Source: Dehalococcoidia bacterium
Lineage (GTDB): Bacteria > Chloroflexota > Dehalococcoidia > DSTF01 > JACRBR01
DNA: 64,000 nt
NCBI GenBank assembly: GCA_041494685.1
Contig: JBGQBE010000005.1
Coordinates: 1 to 64,000, forward strand
Direction of reading: 5' to 3'
The translations under genes and the position numbers were made by a program. Below the pieces are notes generated by a model. That model had not been told where the DNA came from and ran no database searches. It worked only from the letters and a program-made list of their open reading frames with translations. Positions 59,320 to 64,000 of the stretch are shown here, piece after piece. How positions within the stretch are numbered: the first letter of the stretch is position 1; each line of letters starts with the position of its first letter.

Positions 59320-60188
59320 TTAGCCGCGGATGCGCTTGACGATGCCGTCGAGCTCGTCTTCGCTGTGGAAGCGGATGACGATGCGGCCGCCCTTGCCGCT
59401 CTTCGAGACGGCCACCGGCGCGCCGAGTGCGTGACGCAGGTCGTCCTCGAGCGCGCGCACGTGCGGGTCGGTCTTGCGCACGCCGCGCGACGTCTTGCGC
59501 GGCGCCACGCCCGACACCGCCCGCAGCGCCTTCGCGATCTCCTCCGCCTCGCGCACCGACAGATCGTCCGAGATGATGCGGCGCCAGGCGTCCATGCGGA
59601 CGCGCGCGTCGCCGATGCCGAGCAGCGCCCGCGCATGGCCCTCGCTGATCTGCCCCGATGCGAGGCTCGCGCGGATCTCCTCCGGAAGCGACAGCAGCCG
59701 CAGCGTGTTGGCCACCGCGGCGCGACTGCGGCCGACGCGCTTCGCAATCTGCTCCTGCGTCAGGAAGAACTCGTCGGCGAGGCGGCGAAAGGCCGTCGCT
59801 TCCTCAAGCGGGTTCAGGTCCTCGCGCTGCAGGTTCTCGACGAGTGCCAGCTCCAGCAGTACGCCGTCCGCGGCCTCGCGGATCACCACGGGCATGCGCT
59901 CCAGCCCGGCTATGCGCGCCGCCTGCAGCCGCCGCTCGCCGGCGATGAGCTGGTACGTCGTCGGTCCCAGGTCCGAGCGCACCTGCGTCACCACGACCGG
60001 CTGCAGCACGCCGTGCTCGCGGATGCTGTCGGCCAGCTCGCCCAGCGTCGCCGCGTCGAAACGCAGCCGCGGCTGGTGCGGGTTCGGCACGATCAGGTCG
60101 ATGTCGACCGTCTCGACGCCGGCGCCCGACGCCGTGTTCGGGATCAGCGACGACAGGCCGCGGCCGAGCGCGGGGCGCTGGGTGGACG

Positions 60189-60192
<4 letters not shown>
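59320..60192 (-). CDS. parB: Chromosome partitioning protein ParB/Spo0J
   Basis: LGRGLSSLI, PNPHQPR, GERRL, ENLQREDLNPLEEA, SRAAVANTLRLL. Confidence 0.96.
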
Positions 60193-60955
<763 letters not shown>

Positions 60956-60959
<4 letters not shown>

Positions 60960-61804
60960 CGGAGCGCTACCTCCGGGTACCGCCGCAGCCGCTCTTCCAC
61001 CTCTGCGCGCGTGGGCATCGCCGCCACGCCGATGCCGCCCACCGACAGGCTCGCCGCCGCCGCTCCGAATCGTGCGGCCTCGGCCGGGTCGCCGGTTTGC
61101 TGCAACTGTATCAGGAATCCCGTCGCGAAGGTGTCGCCCGCGCCGGTCGGATCGACCTCCTCCTCGGGGAACGCCTCCATGCGCCGCCAGGCGCCGCCGG
61201 CGTAGACGCGCGCGCCGCGCCACGACTCCGTCATCGCCACGATCGGCACGCCGGCCGTCCAGCGATCCAGCTGCTCGCGGCCGTCCGCAAGGTCCTCGTC
61301 GGAGACGAACAAGACGTCGCAGCCGCGCCAGAACGGCTCGCCGTCCCAGGGCGTGTGGCGCACCAGGCCGTCGGCGTCCGACGAACGCAGCCATCCCTGC
61401 GCCGACACGCCGACGAGCGACTCGGCGTCGAACGCCGCCGCGAAGTCGGGCGCGAGCTCGCTCCACACGGGGCCGAGCAGGACGATGCTGGTGGAGCGCC
61501 ATTCGTCCGGCACGTCGGAGAGATCGATCGGGCCGGCGTGGGCGCGGATGTGCTGGCTGCGGCTGCCGTGGTGGTAGACGTTCTCGAAGGTGGTGGTGAC
61601 GTCGGCCGAGAGCTGCACGACGCGCGCGAAGGGCAGCTCCGCCTGTACGTCGATGTCGGACGCGGCGCGGGTCACGACGCCGACGCTCAGGCCGAGGCGG
61701 TGCGCCTGCACGGCCGCGAAGGTAACGGTGCCCCCCATGCGCGAGCCGCCGGGCACGAGGTCGCGCGTGGCGTGTCCGACGACGACGAAATCAGGGGCGG
61801 GCAT
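60956..61804 (-). CDS. PfkB family carbohydrate kinase
   Basis: GGTVTF, VDPTGAGDTFA signature. Confidence 0.9.
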
Positions 61805-61815
61805 GCCGTGAGCGA

Positions 61816-62520
61816 TCAGCGGCGCGGCGAGATCGAGACCTTGCGGTCCTCGCCTTCGCCCACGCTGGAAGTCTCCACCTTCGAGTCCTCGGCCAGCGCC
61901 AGGTGCACGATGCGGCGCTCGTTCGGCGGCATCGGCTCCATGATGGCGGGGCGACCGGTGCGCTTCACCTGGTCCGCCAGGCGGCGCGCCATGCTGTTGA
62001 TCTGGCGCTCGCGTCGGCGGCGATAGCCCTCGACGTCGACGGTGAAGGAGATGTGCTGGCCGAGCTGGCGGCTGGCCATGAGGTTGAGCAGGTACTGGAG
62101 CGAGGCGAGCGTCTCGCCGCGGCGGCCGATGAGCAGCCCCAGGTCGTCGCCCTCGATGTCGAGCACAGCCTTCGCCATGCCGAGGCCGTCGCCGGGCGTC
62201 TCGGCGTCGCGGATCGAGACGTCGGCGGCGACGCCCATGAGTTCGAGCAGGTGGTCCAGCATCTGCGCGGCGAACTCCGCCTCGTCCTCGATGAACTCGG
62301 TCTCCTCGATCTGCGTGGTGCCGGCATCCTCGCCATCGCGGTCATCGTCGCTAAGCAGGCGGACGCGCACGCGCGCCTCCGTGCCGCCGACGCCGAGCAC
62401 GCCGCTGCGGCCCTCGCTCAGCACCTCGACTTCGACGGCATCGCGCGCGACGCCGAGCTCCGCCAGCGCGTTCTCGACGGCTTCTTCAACAGACTTGCCG
62501 CTTGCTTCCACGCCTGCCAT
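61816..62520 (-). CDS. jag: RNA-binding protein Jag/EloR (KhpB)
   Basis: GKSVEEAV Jag_N, KH LIGRRGETL, R3H ERRIVH. Confidence 0.95.
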   Translation of the reverse strand: MAGVEASGKSVEEAVENALAELGVARDAVEVEVLSEGRSGVLGVGGTEARVRVRLLSDDDRDGEDAGTTQIEETEFIEDEAEFAAQMLDHLLELMGVAADVSIRDAETPGDGLGMAKAVLDIEGDDLGLLIGRRGETLASLQYLLNLMASRQLGQHISFTVDVEGYRRRRERQINSMARRLADQVKRTGRPAIMEPMPPNERRIVHLALAEDSKVETSSVGEGEDRKVSISPRR

Positions 62521-62586
62521 GGCTGCACCCCTTGCGCTTCGCAACGGCGCCCGCCGGGGCGCCAACGCCTGATCTCGAAGATTACC

Positions 62587-63498
62587 CTAGCGCCGCTTCT
62601 TGCCGCCGCGCTTCGGGCGGCCGCCGCCGTCGCCGGTCTGCTCCGTACTCTCGCCCGCTGGGCGGTCCAGACGCGCGGGGCGGGCTTCTGCGCGGGCCTT
62701 GCCCGACTGCACCGCGGTCGCCGGCGGGGCGGGGCTCAGCGACAGCATGTACTTCCAGTCGAACGTGCGGCCCATGAACAGGTACTGCAGGACCACACCG
62801 CTGATGTTGGACACGGCCCAGTAGAGCGCCAGGCCGGCGGGCACGTTGAGACTGATGAAGCCGAACATCAACGGCATCATCCACGACATCATCTGGGTGG
62901 TCTGCTGCTGCTGCTGCGCTTGCGGCGTGATCGCCGCCACTGTCGGGCGCGGCGTCATCATCTTCTGCTGCACGTACATGCTCGCCATGACGACGAACAC
63001 CAGCATGTACGACGAATCGGGCTGGCCCAGGTTCCAGAACAGCAACTGGTTGCTGAGCGGGACGGCGCTGTGCACGAAGGGGATCGGATACAGGCGCTGC
63101 GACAGCGTGATCAGACCCTCCGGCGCGTCGCCGAGCGTCAGGCGGATCGACTGGTAGAGGGCGATCCAGATGGGCATCTGGGCGACCATCGGGAAGATGC
63201 AGCCGAGCGGGTTGACGCCGGCTTCCTTGTAGAGCGCCATCTGCTCCGTCTGGAGCTTCTTGGGGTCCTTGCCCTTGTACTTCTTCTGGATCTCCTGCAT
63301 GCGGGGCTGGATCGCCTGCATGGCGCGGCTCTGGCGATACTGGCTCATCGTCAGCGGCCAGGTGATCACCTTCATGAGGAGCGTGAAGGCGATGATCGCG
63401 AGGCCGTAGTTGCCGCCCAGGATGCGGGCGAGCATGACGAGCAGGTTCGTCGTGGGGTCCACGAAGACGAGGTGGAAGATGAAGCTGACGTAGTCCAT
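62587..63498 (-). CDS. yidC: Membrane protein insertase YidC/Oxa1
   Basis: YGLAII.FT, IQKKYK, LYKEAGVNP.GC..Q.PI, PAGLALYW. Confidence 0.95.
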   Translation of the reverse strand: MDYVSFIFHLVFVDPTTNLLVMLARILGGNYGLAIIAFTLLMKVITWPLTMSQYRQSRAMQAIQPRMQEIQKKYKGKDPKKLQTEQMALYKEAGVNPLGCIFPMVAQMPIWIALYQSIRLTLGDAPEGLITLSQRLYPIPFVHSAVPLSNQLLFWNLGQPDSSYMLVFVVMASMYVQQKMMTPRPTVAAITPQAQQQQQTTQMMSWMMPLMFGFISLNVPAGLALYWAVSNISGVVLQYLFMGRTFDWKYMLSLSPAPPATAVQSGKARAEARPARLDRPAGESTEQTGDGGGRPKRGGKKRR

Positions 63499-63510
63499 CA
63501 GACGATCCTG

Positions 63511-64000
63511 CTATTGGGGAAGCGGCGTGCTGCCGGGTGTGCCCAGCTTGCCCGTCGCGTCGATTTCATAGAGCGTCGCGGTCGACGGGACGACGTACAC
63601 TGACTCCCCCGTCGCCGTCTTCACCAGGTCCGCCAGCACCTCGACGCCGGGCAGCACCAGGGTGCCGCCATCATCGGACGTGCCGGACGCCAGGTCCAGT
63701 TTGAATATATGGCCGTTGCGGCCCGCTACGAGCAACCCGCCGCCCGCGATCACGGGACCGGAGCGGATGGCCGAGCCGACCGTGAACGGGTGCGCCCATT
63801 TCGACGTCCCCGTCCTGGCGTCAACAGCGTACACCTTGCCGTCCAGGTTCGCAGCGTACAGCACGCTGTCCTGAAAGACCGGCGTCGCCCAGAACCAGTT
63901 ACCGCCCTTCAGCGACCACTTCTCCGTGCCGTCCGCGGTGCTGACCGCGTAGAGCTTGTTGTCGAAGGCGCCGATGTAGACGAAGTCGCCGGCGACCACC
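63511..64000 (-). CDS. PQQ-like beta-propeller repeat protein (5' end outside window)
   Basis: Repeats VYIG..D..LYAV...DG..KW / G.VYAVDA.TG..KW. Confidence 0.85.
   Translation of the reverse strand, partial: VVAGDFVYIGAFDNKLYAVSTADGTEKWSLKGGNWFWATPVFQDSVLYAANLDGKVYAVDARTGTSKWAHPFTVGSAIRSGPVIAGGGLLVAGRNGHIFKLDLASGTSDDGGTLVLPGVEVLADLVKTATGESVYVVPSTATLYEIDATGKLGTPGSTPLPQ

Overview
High-GC bacterial chromosomal window. The gene content suggests Chloroflexota, Dehalococcoidia-like (inference only). It is mostly housekeeping: tRNA-Ala, coaBC/coaX/coaE, resA-resB-lgt, rho, amtB-glnK, gyrB, tmk, hemL, proB, tRNA-Arg(UCU), and parAB-jag-yidC at the right end. The best candidate for an undescribed system lies at 43.5-47.5 kb. 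There a c-di-GMP-I (GEMM) riboswitch with a terminator precedes a secreted S8 subtilase ending in seven S-[IV]-S-W-G pentapeptide repeats, followed by a stand-alone membrane protein. That membrane protein is a clear paralog of the sensor domain of the divergently transcribed HD-GYP phosphodiesterase, which suggests a closed peptide/c-di-GMP feedback loop. Other notable items: (1) six phased 11-bp GlnR-type boxes upstream of amtB-glnK, near an actinobacterial-type GlnR homolog; (2) a Rieske-like protein that has lost all four Fe-S ligands but kept the disulfide cysteines; (3) two extra tRNA-Arg 3' fragments (att-like) next to passenger genes; (4) a GyrB EGDSA->EGISA substitution; (5) a Rho lacking its N-terminal helical domain; (6) recurrent leaderless-type promoters. 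All product calls come from motif recognition by eye; no database searches were run.
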